From: Dehalococcoidia bacterium
GTDB lineage: Bacteria > Chloroflexota > Dehalococcoidia > Lucifugimonadales > Australimonadaceae
DNA length: 64,000 nucleotides
Direction of reading: 5' to 3'
Assembly: GCA_963579845.1 (NCBI GenBank)
Contig: CAUZHS010000002.1
Span: forward strand, 38,827 to 102,826
In this document: in pieces, positions 1 through 10,318 of the stretch
How positions within the stretch are numbered: position 1 is the stretch's first letter
Layout of the letters: each line of letters starts with the position of its first letter
Notes under the pieces: generated by a model
The model's input: the letters and a program-made list of their open reading frames with translations, nothing else
What the model was told of the DNA's origin: nothing
Database searches by the model: none
Program-made: the position numbers and the translations under genes

Positions 1-1069
1 AGTGCTCACTCTTACGGCCCACCACCGTGCAGACGCCCTTGTGGAGTCGAAGGCGGACGGTGCCGCTGACGTGGCGCTGGGTGCTCTGGACATAGGCGTC
101 TAAGTCTTCGCGGTGAGCGGTAAACCACAGACCGTTGTACACCAACTCGGCGTATTCCTGGCCAGTGCGTTCCTTGAGACGGAGTTGCTCTTTGCCTAGG
201 CACATGGCTTCCAAGGCCCGGTGAGCGGTATGCAGCACTACGCCAGCAGGAGCCTCATAGACCTCCCGAGACTTGATGCCGACCAGTCGGTCTTCAATGT
301 GGTCGATGCGTCCTATTCCGTGGGTGCCTGCAAGATCGGTGAGCAAGTCGATGAGCGCCACGCCGCTCATCGACTTGCCATCCACGGCGCAAGGCGAGCC
401 TTTAAGAAAATCGATATCCACATAGCGGGGTTCTTCGGGCGTTTCGTTGATGGCCTTGGTCAAGGAATAGGCGGCTTCCGGCGGCTCCACCCAAGCGTCT
501 TCGAGGTCTCCCGCTTCTATGCTGCGCCCCCAGAGGTTTTCGTCTACCGAATAGGAGCTGCGCTTATTGAGGTCTAGGGGGATGCCCTGCTCCTTTGCGT
601 ACGCAATTTCCTGGTCGCGGGTCATGCCCCAGTCGCGGGCCGGAGCGATGACCTTGAGGTTGGGCGCTAGAGCGGCGACGCTCACATCGAAGCGGACCTG
701 GTCATTACCTTTGCCCGTGCAACCGTGGGCGACGGCGAAGGCACCTTCCTCCAGTGCCACATCCACCAGGAGTTTTGCGATTAGCGGGCGGCCCAGGGCC
801 GTCGCCAGGGGGTAGATCCCCTCGTACAACGCACCCGAGCGCAAGGCCGGCCAGACATAGTCGTCTACAAAGGCCTGGCGTCCGTCGAGCACTAGCGCCT
901 TGCTCGCGCCGATACGTATCGCACGGTCCTTGGCCTCTTGGAGGCCGCCGCCGCCGCCGAGGTCGATGGTGAGCGTGATGATTTCGGCGCTGTAATGCTC
1001 CATGAGCCAGCGGACGGCGACCGAGGTGTCAAGGCCGCCGCTATAGGCTAAAACGATTTTCTCTGTCAT
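1..1069 (-). CDS. argG: argininosuccinate synthase (3' end runs off window start)
   Basis: Not in ORF track (no stop inside window). My translation from ATG at 1069-1067 gives MTEKIVLAYSGGLDTSVAVRWL...HGCTGKGNDQVRFD...SVDENLWGRSIE, the ArgG signature. Confidence 0.9.
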   Translation of the reverse strand, partial: MTEKIVLAYSGGLDTSVAVRWLMEHYSAEIITLTIDLGGGGGLQEAKDRAIRIGASKALVLDGRQAFVDDYVWPALRSGALYEGIYPLATALGRPLIAKLLVDVALEEGAFAVAHGCTGKGNDQVRFDVSVAALAPNLKVIAPARDWGMTRDQEIAYAKEQGIPLDLNKRSSYSVDENLWGRSIEAGDLEDAWVEPPEAAYSLTKAINETPEEPRYVDIDFLKGSPCAVDGKSMSGVALIDLLTDLAGTHGIGRIDHIEDRLVGIKSREVYEAPAGVVLHTAHRALEAMCLGKEQLRLKERTGQEYAELVYNGLWFTAHREDLDAYVQSTQRHVSGTVRLRLHKGVCTVVGRKSEH

Positions 1070-1098
1070 GGTGTTCTTTCCCAGGCTGAGGGCACCGC

Positions 1099-2295
1099 TT
1101 ACGATGCCAGTGCCTTCGCGAGGCCACGTCCAAGCCGGGACAATGCCTCGTCCACGTCGGCCTTGTCGATGATGAGCGGTGGCATCAGCCGCAGCGCATT
1201 TGGTCTCACGGCGTTGGTCAGCAGCCCCTCCGTATTGCAGGCAGCTACCACCTTGGCCGCAATCGTATCACTAAACTGGATGCCCAGCAAAAGGCCGACA
1301 CCGCGTATCTCGGTAATCACCGATGGGTTGCGGGAGCGGAGCTCCTCCAAGGAGGAGAAGAGGTAAGCAGCCACGGGCTTGGACTTGGCGGGGATGTCAT
1401 GCTCTATCATGAAGCGGACCGTGGCGTTGGCAGCGGCGGTGGCCAATGCGTTGCCGCCAAAGGTGGATCCGTGGTCGCCGGGCTCCAGCACGGAGCAGTA
1501 TTCCTTGCTCAGGAACGCCCCCACGGGAACGCCGTTACCCAGACCCTTGGCCAGGGTCATCACGTCGGGTTCCACACCGAAGGTTTCATAGCCCCACAGG
1601 GTGCCCAGACGGCCCATCCCGGTTTGCACTTCATCGAAAATAAGCAGTAGGTTGTTGGCGTCACACCATTCGCGCAATCCCTTCAGATAGCCTTCGGTGG
1701 GGATGTTGACACCTCCCTCACCCTGTAAGACTTCCACCAAGACCGCACACGTCTTGTCTGTGGTTGCCTGCTGCACCGCGTCCAGGTCGTCGTATTGGAC
1801 GTTGACAAACCCTGGCATCAGGGGGTGCCACGCTTCTTGATAGTGGGGTTGGCCGGTTGCGGCAATCATGCCCACGGTACGGCCATGAAAGGAGTTGAGC
1901 GCCGTGATGATTTCCTGAGCACCGTTGCGATGGAGACGTCCGTATTTGCGGGCGAGCTTCACCGCCCCTTCGTTGGCCTCAGCGCCACTGTTGGCGAAAA
2001 ACACCCTATCCATGCAGCTGTTCTCAACCAGGGCTTCGGCCAATTGGAGCTGAGGGATGGTGTAGAACTGATTGGACGTCTGCATCAGGGTGCCGGCTTG
2101 CTTGCGAATGGCCGCGGTCACGTCGGGGTGACAGTGACCCAGGTTGCAGACTGCCCAGCCCGCGGTGAAATCAAGGTACTCTTTGCCATCCACGTCCCAT
2201 ACGTGGGCGCCCAAACCCCGTTCCACCACCACTTGTTGGCGGTTCACCACATGCATGTAATAACGGGCCTCTACGGCTTTCCAGTCGGTTGTCAT
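1099..2295 (-). CDS. argD: acetylornithine aminotransferase (class III PLP aminotransferase)
   Basis: 398-aa ORF; FANSGAEANEGAVKLARKY, LLIFDEVQTGMGRLG, MTLAKGLGNG motifs; sits between UPF0182 and argG in an arg operon. Confidence 0.9.
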   Translation of the reverse strand: MTTDWKAVEARYYMHVVNRQQVVVERGLGAHVWDVDGKEYLDFTAGWAVCNLGHCHPDVTAAIRKQAGTLMQTSNQFYTIPQLQLAEALVENSCMDRVFFANSGAEANEGAVKLARKYGRLHRNGAQEIITALNSFHGRTVGMIAATGQPHYQEAWHPLMPGFVNVQYDDLDAVQQATTDKTCAVLVEVLQGEGGVNIPTEGYLKGLREWCDANNLLLIFDEVQTGMGRLGTLWGYETFGVEPDVMTLAKGLGNGVPVGAFLSKEYCSVLEPGDHGSTFGGNALATAAANATVRFMIEHDIPAKSKPVAAYLFSSLEELRSRNPSVITEIRGVGLLLGIQFSDTIAAKVVAACNTEGLLTNAVRPNALRLMPPLIIDKADVDEALSRLGRGLAKALAS

Positions 2296-5090
2296 GGGGT
2301 CTCCTCATGTCCTAAAAGGTCTTGGATTGCCTCAACTGTCTCGCCCACAGTGGCCAGCCCTTCTTGGAACGACTGCAGCACTTGGCGGAGCAGCGCTAGC
2401 TCCAGCCGGAGCTGCTCGGTGGCGATTCCGCTGGGTGGCGGGCCTTGGCCTGGTATCGCGGCAGGCGTCTGCTGGCCGGATAAGAGGCTGCGCAGCGCCT
2501 CCTTTAGGGTTGGTTCCATCACCACACGGTCTGCACTGGCCAGTATCACTCGTTTCAACTCGGGGAATTCCAGCAACTCAGCCTGTAAGTAGATGGGTTC
2601 GGCATAAAGCAGGCTCTCCCCCACAGGGATCACTAGCAGGTTGCCGCGGATAACCTTAGAGCCCGATTGGCCCCACAGCGTGAATTGCTCTGAAATGTCT
2701 GGATCATTATCGATTCTGGCCTCCACCTGGCTGGGGCCGTTGAACAGCCGGTCCGTGGGGAAATTAAAAACGAGAATATCCCCGTAGTGTTCGTCGTCGC
2801 TTCGGGCTGCCATCCACGCTACCAGGTTGGGTTTGTCTTGGGGAGTGAAGGGGAGAATCAGGACAAACTCCTCCTTTTCCTCTCCCGGCAGCTTCATAAT
2901 AACGTAATACGGGTCTACTGGTTGGCTGATGCCTTCCAACACCACCTCATTGGGTATCGCCCACTGGTCTTCCTTGAGGAAGAACTCCTTGGGGTCGGTC
3001 ATGTGGTACTGGAGGAAGGTCTGGGCCTGGGCCCGTAGCAGCACCTCGGGGTAGCGGATGTGGGCGCGAAGCCCCTCATCCATCTGGGAGATGGGCAAGA
3101 AGAGGTCAGGAAACGCCTTTTCGTACACCCGCAGCATCGGGTCGATCCGGTGGGGTTCGATGCTGTAGAAGGTGAGAGAGCCGTTAAAGGCGTCTACCAC
3201 TACCTTCACGCTATTGCGCAGATAGTTGAAATCACGGTCATTGAGCCGCTTTGAGTAAGGGAGGCGGTCGGTGGTGGTGAACGCATCTTGAATCCAAAAT
3301 AGCCTACCATCGTTGACCACGATATAGGGGTCGCGGTCCAGCCGCAGGAAGGGGGCCACGGTCTGAATGCGTTCGCGGATATCACGACGGTACAGCGCCT
3401 TGCTCTCGGAGGTGACCTGCCCGCTGATGAGGACGTTGATGTCCAGAAACTCCCAGGCAAAGGCGGCGCGGCGGAAAATGGTGGAGAGGGAAACGCCGCC
3501 TTCGCCCTCATACCGTTCAATGTAAACCGGTTGGCCATTCTGTTCGTTGGAGGGCCGGTCGAACTGGGCCTCTTCGGAATTTACGATGACGAAACTCTCC
3601 GCGCCCTCGCTGTAGTAGATGCGTGGTTGGTCGACTTGAAGACTGCCGGTGGGCGGTACATCCTTGAGGAAGAAGAGCGGTTGCCCCTCCGGGGTGAAGT
3701 CGGTGGCAGGGCTTACCACCACGCCGAAGCCGTGGGTGTAGACGAGCTTGCGGTTCACCCAATTTTGGGCGGATATGTCCAACCCGTCGGGGAATAGCTC
3801 TCGGGTACTCAGCAGCACCTGGCGGTTCTCCCCGTCGATTACGTAGCGGTCCACGTCAACGTCCAGAAAATTGTAGTACAGCCGTAGGTGTTGGATCTGG
3901 TTGTACACGTCAAGCAGGGGCCTCGGGTCCCATAGGCGGATATTGTTCACCGTCTGCGGGTTGGCCGCGATGTCCGCGGCCAGCGAATCGGGACGGACAT
4001 CGAAGAGCTTTTCCTCCACCCGGTCCAGGTCGAAGCCAAACCGGGTCCATTCGATGTTGCGCGCCACGAACTCCCGCTCCCGCTCCAACTCGTTGGGTGA
4101 AACGACAAACCGTTGGTAGAACATGGGCACAAGCAGTCCGCCGATGATGCCCACGACCACCCAGAGACCGAAGGCGCCAACGACCACTTGGGTAGCCCGC
4201 TGGACAGTCCGAGTCCGAAGCGCTAGCAGCATTATCACGCCCGAAAGCAGTGCAATCCCCGTCAGAAGTCGAAGCATCGGAATCCGGGCGGAGATATCCG
4301 TGGCGGTGGCCCCGGTTACCGCGCCTGATGTGGAGAAGAGGGTTTCATAGGTATCGAGGAAATGGCCTCCGGCCAGCGTAAACATTAATCCAGCGCCGAT
4401 GATGGCTACCAGTGCCTTCGGACCGGCCTGCGCCCACGGGCTGACTCCCCGGATGCTGTAGACCAGAAAGAACAGGGTGATGACCAGGAGCAGCAGCACC
4501 ACCGTAGCCCCCATGAGCCACCCCTGGATGGTGTGCAGCATGGGCATGGTAAAGATATAGAAACCCACGTCGTTGTGAAACAGCGGGTCTTCGAGCCCAA
4601 AGGCGGTGGAGTTTATGAAGAGGAGGAACTGTTCCCACCGATTACTCAAGGCTGTAGCGAAGCTGAGAGCGGTGATGACCCCCGCCGTAATCATGCCAGC
4701 GATGAGCGAGCGCCTAAGCCACTCCAGCGTCGATGGGGGCATGCCCAGTTGGTTCGGCTCCCAAGAGGTGCGCCACGCGAACCAGAGGGACACAGCAGTA
4801 AGGGAGCCCATAACGATGAGTCCTGTGACGAAGAGCGAGGCCTTCGTCCACAGGATGGTGGTATAGACGCTCCGGAGTTCGAGGCTCGAGAACCAGAGGA
4901 TATTGGTATACACGCTCCTAGCGAAGTTTAGGAGCAGAAATAACACGACCAGGACAGTGAGGCCGATGCTGATTTTGGCGAGGAGTCCCGTGTGCCGTGG
5001 CCAGCCACCCACCACGTCAAACCCGCTGTGAGGCGATTGGCCGTCTATCTCATCGCCTTCGCCGTTGTCTTCGGGATCCCGCATGTCCAT
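2292..5090 (-). CDS. UPF0182 family large integral membrane protein (function unknown)
   Basis: 932-aa ORF. Multi-TM N-terminal third with ILWFSSLELRSVYTTILWTK, C-terminal LLYAEPIYLQAELLEFPELKRVILA typical of UPF0182. Start is 3 nt after argB stop; stop overlaps argD ATG. Confidence 0.8.
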   Translation of the reverse strand: MDMRDPEDNGEGDEIDGQSPHSGFDVVGGWPRHTGLLAKISIGLTVLVVLFLLLNFARSVYTNILWFSSLELRSVYTTILWTKASLFVTGLIVMGSLTAVSLWFAWRTSWEPNQLGMPPSTLEWLRRSLIAGMITAGVITALSFATALSNRWEQFLLFINSTAFGLEDPLFHNDVGFYIFTMPMLHTIQGWLMGATVVLLLLVITLFFLVYSIRGVSPWAQAGPKALVAIIGAGLMFTLAGGHFLDTYETLFSTSGAVTGATATDISARIPMLRLLTGIALLSGVIMLLALRTRTVQRATQVVVGAFGLWVVVGIIGGLLVPMFYQRFVVSPNELEREREFVARNIEWTRFGFDLDRVEEKLFDVRPDSLAADIAANPQTVNNIRLWDPRPLLDVYNQIQHLRLYYNFLDVDVDRYVIDGENRQVLLSTRELFPDGLDISAQNWVNRKLVYTHGFGVVVSPATDFTPEGQPLFFLKDVPPTGSLQVDQPRIYYSEGAESFVIVNSEEAQFDRPSNEQNGQPVYIERYEGEGGVSLSTIFRRAAFAWEFLDINVLISGQVTSESKALYRRDIRERIQTVAPFLRLDRDPYIVVNDGRLFWIQDAFTTTDRLPYSKRLNDRDFNYLRNSVKVVVDAFNGSLTFYSIEPHRIDPMLRVYEKAFPDLFLPISQMDEGLRAHIRYPEVLLRAQAQTFLQYHMTDPKEFFLKEDQWAIPNEVVLEGISQPVDPYYVIMKLPGEEKEEFVLILPFTPQDKPNLVAWMAARSDDEHYGDILVFNFPTDRLFNGPSQVEARIDNDPDISEQFTLWGQSGSKVIRGNLLVIPVGESLLYAEPIYLQAELLEFPELKRVILASADRVVMEPTLKEALRSLLSGQQTPAAIPGQGPPPSGIATEQLRLELALLRQVLQSFQEGLATVGETVEAIQDLLGHEETP

Positions 5091-5093
5091 TAT

Positions 5094-5885
5094 CTACGTG
5101 ATGAACGTGCCCGGTGATGTGCGCTGATCGCCGTTGCCACTCATGCAATCCCGGAGGGCCGAAGGCACCGTTCCGTTGATGATATGGGCCCTGGCTCCGT
5201 GGCCAGCGGCCAGCAGAGATGCCTCGAGCTTGGGAATCATGCCCCCCTTGATGGCGCCTGAACGGACGAGGTCGTCGGACTGGTGGGTGGACAGTCGCGG
5301 GATGAGACGGCCGTTGTTGTCCAGCACTCCGTCCACGTCGGTGAGAAAGACGAGGTGAGCCGCGCCCAGGGCGACCGCGATGGCCCCCGCTGCGGTGTCG
5401 GCGTTGAGGTTCAGCAGCTGATGACCTTCCTGTGCATTTACCGCCAGGGGCGCGATGACGGGAATGTATCCAGCGCTGATAATCGCTCTGATGGGTCCGG
5501 GCTCCACGTCAACACTACTGGCAACGAAACCCAGCTCAGGCCGGTCAGCGTGACCTCTAAGCGTGGGGCCGTCGGCTCCCGAGATCCCCACAGCCCTGCC
5601 GCCCAGCTGGAGGAGCTCGGCCACCAGCTGCTTGTTGATGAGCCCAGCCAAGACCGCTGTTACCACTTCTAGGCTCGGTGCGTCCGTCACGCGTAGGCCC
5701 TCCACGAACTGGGCCTGAATGCCCAGCTTGGCCATCCACTGAGTGACGGCAGCGCCCCCGCCATGGACGACGACGACTTGGAAACCCTGCTGTTGCAAGG
5801 CAACCACATCGGCTAGAGAGGTGTCCTGGCTCCCCAGGGTGCTGCCGCCGATTTTGACGACGGATATGGTGTTGGAGGTGGACAT
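5094..5885 (-). CDS. argB: acetylglutamate kinase
   Basis: 263-aa ORF; VVKIGGSTLG, VVVHGGG, amino-acid kinase fold motifs; arg operon context. Confidence 0.9.
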   Translation of the reverse strand: MSTSNTISVVKIGGSTLGSQDTSLADVVALQQQGFQVVVVHGGGAAVTQWMAKLGIQAQFVEGLRVTDAPSLEVVTAVLAGLINKQLVAELLQLGGRAVGISGADGPTLRGHADRPELGFVASSVDVEPGPIRAIISAGYIPVIAPLAVNAQEGHQLLNLNADTAAGAIAVALGAAHLVFLTDVDGVLDNNGRLIPRLSTHQSDDLVRSGAIKGGMIPKLEASLLAAGHGARAHIINGTVPSALRDCMSGNGDQRTSPGTFIT

Positions 5886-5886
5886 C

Positions 5887-7161
5887 TTACGTGGTGTAGG
5901 CGCTATTGAAGGTCACATACTCTTCGGTCAGCTCACAGCCCCAGGCTGTAGCCGTGGCATCGCCGAGGTGAAGCTGGAGGGTAAAGAGAACCTCTGGATT
6001 CTGCATGAGAACGATAACCGACTCCCGGTGGAAAGGGATAGGCTGGCCTTTTTCCATGATGGTGACGCCGTTGATATAGAGGCTTACCTTGGATTCCTCC
6101 AGGTAGCCGCCGCCGCGTCCTGCCGCCGCGATGATGCGGCCCCAATTGGGGTCGTTGCCGTGAACGGCGCTCTTGACTAGCATGGAGCTGGCCACGGCCC
6201 TGGCTATTTTGCGAGCGTCCTCCTTGGTTTTGGCCCCTTCGATTTGGGCTGCGAAAATCTTCGATGCCCCCTCCGCATCCCGAAGCATCTCCTTGGAGAG
6301 AAAGACGCATAATTCCATGAGGGCCGTGCGGAACCGTAGGGCTTCGGGTGACGTGGCCAAGAGCGGCCTGTTCCCTGACCGGCCGCTGGCGAACATTAGC
6401 GCCGTGTCGTTGGTGCTCTCGTCGCCGTCAATGGAGGTCATGTTGAAGGTCTCGCTGGCAACCTCCTTGAACAGGGCGCTTAAGTAGTCTTTCTCCACGG
6501 CGGCGTCCGTGGTTATGAAGGCCAGCATGGTTGCCATGTTGGGGTGAATCATCCCCGAGCCCTTGATGCACCCGCCTATGGTTACAGTGTTCCCTTCAAT
6601 CTGCAAACGGACGGCTGCGGACTTGGGACGGCGGTCGGTGGTCAGAATGGCACGAGCGAACTCGTCGCCGCCTTCCGGGGAAAGGCCGATGTTGGGGAGG
6701 CCTGAGCGAATCAGGGCCATGGGTAGCTCACCGCCAATGAGACCCGTGCTGCACATACAGATTTCCTCTGGGCCGATGCCGGTATGCTCAGCGGCGAGTA
6801 GCATGGTCTCCTGGGCGTCGGTGAAGCCCTGCTCGCCCACCGAGGTATTGGCGACGCCGCTGTTCACCACCACGGCCCGCACCTTGCCGCCCTGCATCAG
6901 CTGTTGGGAGACGATGACGGAGGGTGATTTGATGAGGTTGGTGGTGAATACGCCGGCGGTGACGCAAGGGGTCTCAGAGAGCAGGATTCCCAGGTCCCGC
7001 TTGTCTTCGGTATAGGACTTCATGCCCGAATAGGTGGCGCCAGCAGAAAATCCAGCAGGGCTGGTTACCGTTCCGTCGGGTAAAAAGTCGATGTTTGCAT
7101 CCAAGGTGTGTGCCTCTATTTCGTGGTGGTGGCGTGGCTCACAGACCGCGCAGTATAGCAT
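5887..7161 (-). CDS. argJ: bifunctional ornithine acetyltransferase / N-acetylglutamate synthase
   Basis: 424-aa ORF; VTSPAGFSAGA, TTDRRPK, autocleavage-site region ATMLAFITTDA. True start may be TTG at 7104 (start uncertain). Confidence 0.9.
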   Translation of the reverse strand: MLYCAVCEPRHHHEIEAHTLDANIDFLPDGTVTSPAGFSAGATYSGMKSYTEDKRDLGILLSETPCVTAGVFTTNLIKSPSVIVSQQLMQGGKVRAVVVNSGVANTSVGEQGFTDAQETMLLAAEHTGIGPEEICMCSTGLIGGELPMALIRSGLPNIGLSPEGGDEFARAILTTDRRPKSAAVRLQIEGNTVTIGGCIKGSGMIHPNMATMLAFITTDAAVEKDYLSALFKEVASETFNMTSIDGDESTNDTALMFASGRSGNRPLLATSPEALRFRTALMELCVFLSKEMLRDAEGASKIFAAQIEGAKTKEDARKIARAVASSMLVKSAVHGNDPNWGRIIAAAGRGGGYLEESKVSLYINGVTIMEKGQPIPFHRESVIVLMQNPEVLFTLQLHLGDATATAWGCELTEEYVTFNSAYTT

Positions 7162-7465
7162 TTGTCAATTGGGATGTTACGGCGCTCAACAAAATAGAAA
7201 GAGCCCTTCCCTGCCGAGGAGGATTCCCTTTCGATTCCGTTGGTATTGGAGCGTTAGCCTTTCCTGGTCGCCGTGCCGAAGCTTTTATTTCCAAAGCGTT
7301 CGGACAGGGCAGGATGCTGGCACCATATACAACTTCCGTGATGTGGCACTCGCGAGAAAGGGGAATAACTATTTGTACCTAGGAGAAAGATTATTACGAA
7401 AAAAGAATTTAATGCTGGTTAAAGCGCGAATAACGGCAAAATATTCATGCACTAGCGACCTGGTT

Positions 7466-9046
7466 CTAGATATCGACGATGCGGATACTTTTCACGTGGG
7501 GAATGGAGAGAAACTCCGCCAGCACCTTCTCTGGCACCGGGTCGTCCAGTCCCACCACCATAGTTGCCACGCTTCGAGGTCCGGAGCGGGCAACCTCCAT
7601 GAAGCTGATGTTGATGTCGTGCTCGCCAGCGATGGTGCCCACGCGGCCAATCATCCCTGGCCGGTCTTCGTGCTCGGTGAACATCATGTACTTACCGGTG
7701 GGCTGCAGGTCAAAGTGGAAATCGTTGACCCTAGTCAGGTGCACCAGGTTGTGTAGCGCTGTCCCACTCAACGTGGTGGTTGTCTCGTTCGTCCGGACCT
7801 CTACGGTCACCATATCTTTGAAGTCATCGCCTTCTGTCTGTTCTTCCTCCACCACATGCAATCCGCGTTGTTTGGCGGCCACGTTGGCGTTAAGCAAATT
7901 CACCCGGTCGTTGGAGATACGGCTGATCACGCCGGCCACAGCCGCCGCGGTGAGGAGCGAGGTATCGTGGCGGGCGATGCTGCCGGAGCAGCGGATCGCA
8001 ACGGTTTCGAGTTGGCCGATGGCAAGCTGGATGGCCGTTTTCCCCAAGAAGGAGGCGACCGCGATATAGGGTGCCAGGGCCTCCTGGACCTCTGAGGGCA
8101 CGTAGGGTGCGTTGACAGTGTAGGGGGCCGATTTGCCGGTCAGCACGGCCAGCACTTGGTCTGCTAATTCCACGGCGACCTCCACCTGTGCCTCTTCGGT
8201 GGAGGCCCCCAGATGCGGTGTAGTAATAAGCTTCGGGTTGCTCAGCAGTGGCAGGTCCTTGGGGGGCTCGGACGCGAACACATCCAGTGCGGCTCCTGCT
8301 ACCAGGCCCGAGGTGAGTGCCTCGTCCAGCAAGGTCTCATCCACCAGCCCGCCACGGGCGGCGTTGACGATGCGTATGCCCCGTTTCACAAGCTTGAACT
8401 GCTCTGCGCCCAGGAGCTGCTTGCTGCCCGCTAAGAGTGGCGTGTGGATGGTAAGAAAGTCAGACTCGCTGAGGAGCTGGTCCATCTCCGCCAGCTCCAC
8501 TCCCAGCGCTCGCGCCGACTCCAGGGGCACGAAGGGGTCGTGGGCAAGGACGCGCATCTGGAAGGACCGGGCCCTGCGCGCCACCTCCGAACCGATCTTT
8601 CCGAGGCCGATGATTCCCAGAGTCTTGTTCCGTAACTCCACGCCCATAAAGTTTCGGGGGGACCATTGGCCCTCCTTCATGGAGGCCTGGGCCTGGGGGA
8701 TGTTCCGGGCCAGCGACAGCATCAGGGCCATGGCATGCTCGGCAGCTGCGATGGTGTTGCCCGTAGGGGCGTTCACGACGGGGATGCCCTGGCGAGTGGC
8801 GGCGTCCAAATCGATGTTGTCGACACCGACTCCGGCCCGTCCGATAACCTGAAGACGCTCGCCCGCTTCAATAATGTCCGCGGTGACCTTGGTGGCGCTG
8901 CGGACCACCAGCGCATCGTAGGCTCCGATAGCCTCTCGCAGTGGTTTGGGCTCCTGACCGGTGTTGACGTCCACCTGGTGGCCAGCAGCGGAGAGCCGCT
9001 CGATCCCTTCTTTGGCGATAGGGTCAGCGACGAGGATGCGTGCCAT
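7466..9046 (-). CDS. serA: D-3-phosphoglycerate dehydrogenase (long form with ACT domain)
   Basis: 526-aa ORF; GIIGLGKIGSEVARRA NAD-binding motif, 2-hydroxyacid dehydrogenase catalytic region, C-terminal ACT-like domain. Confidence 0.9.
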   Translation of the reverse strand: MARILVADPIAKEGIERLSAAGHQVDVNTGQEPKPLREAIGAYDALVVRSATKVTADIIEAGERLQVIGRAGVGVDNIDLDAATRQGIPVVNAPTGNTIAAAEHAMALMLSLARNIPQAQASMKEGQWSPRNFMGVELRNKTLGIIGLGKIGSEVARRARSFQMRVLAHDPFVPLESARALGVELAEMDQLLSESDFLTIHTPLLAGSKQLLGAEQFKLVKRGIRIVNAARGGLVDETLLDEALTSGLVAGAALDVFASEPPKDLPLLSNPKLITTPHLGASTEEAQVEVAVELADQVLAVLTGKSAPYTVNAPYVPSEVQEALAPYIAVASFLGKTAIQLAIGQLETVAIRCSGSIARHDTSLLTAAAVAGVISRISNDRVNLLNANVAAKQRGLHVVEEEQTEGDDFKDMVTVEVRTNETTTTLSGTALHNLVHLTRVNDFHFDLQPTGKYMMFTEHEDRPGMIGRVGTIAGEHDINISFMEVARSGPRSVATMVVGLDDPVPEKVLAEFLSIPHVKSIRIVDI

Positions 9047-9082
9047 ACGTTCTCTCCAGAGGGGGCATGAATTGGGGCGTTG

Positions 9083-10192
9083 TTATCGGCTGGCCACGGG
9101 TGCGAAACCCAATCGGGGAAGCGCCTCGCGCAAGGCGGAAATCACCCCGTCGATGTCGGCCTCGGAGACGTATCCCATGTGGCCTATTCGGAACACGCTG
9201 CCCGCCAGCCGTCCACGGCCCTCGGCCGCGATGATGTCGTACTCGTCGCGCAGCATGCCGAGGAGCGCGGAGTCGGAGATGCCCTCCGGAAGCCAGGCGG
9301 CAGTCACGGTGTTGGAGGCGTTCTTGAGATCCGCGGCCACCAACTTTAGGCCCATGCCGGTCAGTCCGTCCCTAGTGTACTGGGCGATGCGGCTGTGGAA
9401 ATCGTACACCGCTTGCATATCGCCCTGAGCGAGCATCCCCTGGACAGCGTGGTCCAGGCCAAATATGAGCGAGATAGCTGGTGTCCAGGGCGTCTCACCC
9501 TTGGCTGCTGAGGCCTTGGCCTGGGTCAGATCAAAGTAAAACTTGGGCATGGTCGACTTGGCCACGGCTTCCCAACCGCGGGGGCTCACGGAGATCATCG
9601 CCAGCCCAGGCGGGCACATCCAGCCCTTCTGGGAGGCAGCGGCCACTACATCCAGGTCCCACTCGTCGACCGGCAGCCGTATGGAGCCGAGCGAAGAGAT
9701 AGCGTCCACCAGGATGAGTTTGTTGAACTCGCCTTTGATAATCCCCGCCAGGGCCTCCAGGTCGTTGGTGATGCCCGTGGATGTCTCGTTGTGGGTGACC
9801 AGCACCGCGGTGACTTCCGGGTGGTCCTTGAGCCCTTGGCGCACGGCTTCTGGGTCAGCCGCCTCCCCTTCCGGGAACTTGAGGTCTATCACGTCTGCGC
9901 CATAGGTCTTGGCGATGCGCGAGAAACGGTCGCCGAAATTGCCGATGCTGATCGCCAGTACCTTTTCTCCTGGGGAGAGGGTGTTGGTGACCGCCGCTTC
10001 CAGCGAACCGGTGCCGGACGAGCTGAGCACCATGACGTCGTTCTCGGTCTGGAACGCTCGCTGAAGGTTGACCGCCAGGCGGTTGAGCATCTCCTTGAAG
10101 GCGACGCCCCGGTGGTCAATCATGGGCTTGCTCATGGCTGCGACGACATCGTCGGGCACGGGTGTCGGGCCCGGTAGGCGCAAATTAGCCAT
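9083..10192 (-). CDS. class V aminotransferase (serine-glyoxylate / phosphoserine aminotransferase-like)
   Basis: 369-aa ORF; SSSGTGSLEAAV, THNETSTG, AAASQKGWMCPPG (PLP lysine region); directly upstream of serA. Confidence 0.85.
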   Translation of the reverse strand: MANLRLPGPTPVPDDVVAAMSKPMIDHRGVAFKEMLNRLAVNLQRAFQTENDVMVLSSSGTGSLEAAVTNTLSPGEKVLAISIGNFGDRFSRIAKTYGADVIDLKFPEGEAADPEAVRQGLKDHPEVTAVLVTHNETSTGITNDLEALAGIIKGEFNKLILVDAISSLGSIRLPVDEWDLDVVAAASQKGWMCPPGLAMISVSPRGWEAVAKSTMPKFYFDLTQAKASAAKGETPWTPAISLIFGLDHAVQGMLAQGDMQAVYDFHSRIAQYTRDGLTGMGLKLVAADLKNASNTVTAAWLPEGISDSALLGMLRDEYDIIAAEGRGRLAGSVFRIGHMGYVSEADIDGVISALREALPRLGFAPVASR

Positions 10193-10318
10193 CGTTTCTC
10201 CTCAGCATGTGGGGTTAACGGGGGTTGTTAGAACTGGAGTATAGGCTGCCAGAGTACGCCACACAACGGGGAGCATTGAGTGGGAAGCTCCGTTTTCACG
10301 TAAAGCGGCTGTTGAGGC

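Noticed and set aside
7436-7454. ARG-box-like half site (TGCATGAATATTTTGC on the minus strand) in the AT-rich serA-argJ spacer
   Set aside because: Only one half-site resembles the ArgR consensus. It sits about 280 nt from the argJ start right at the serA stop, and no paired box was found.
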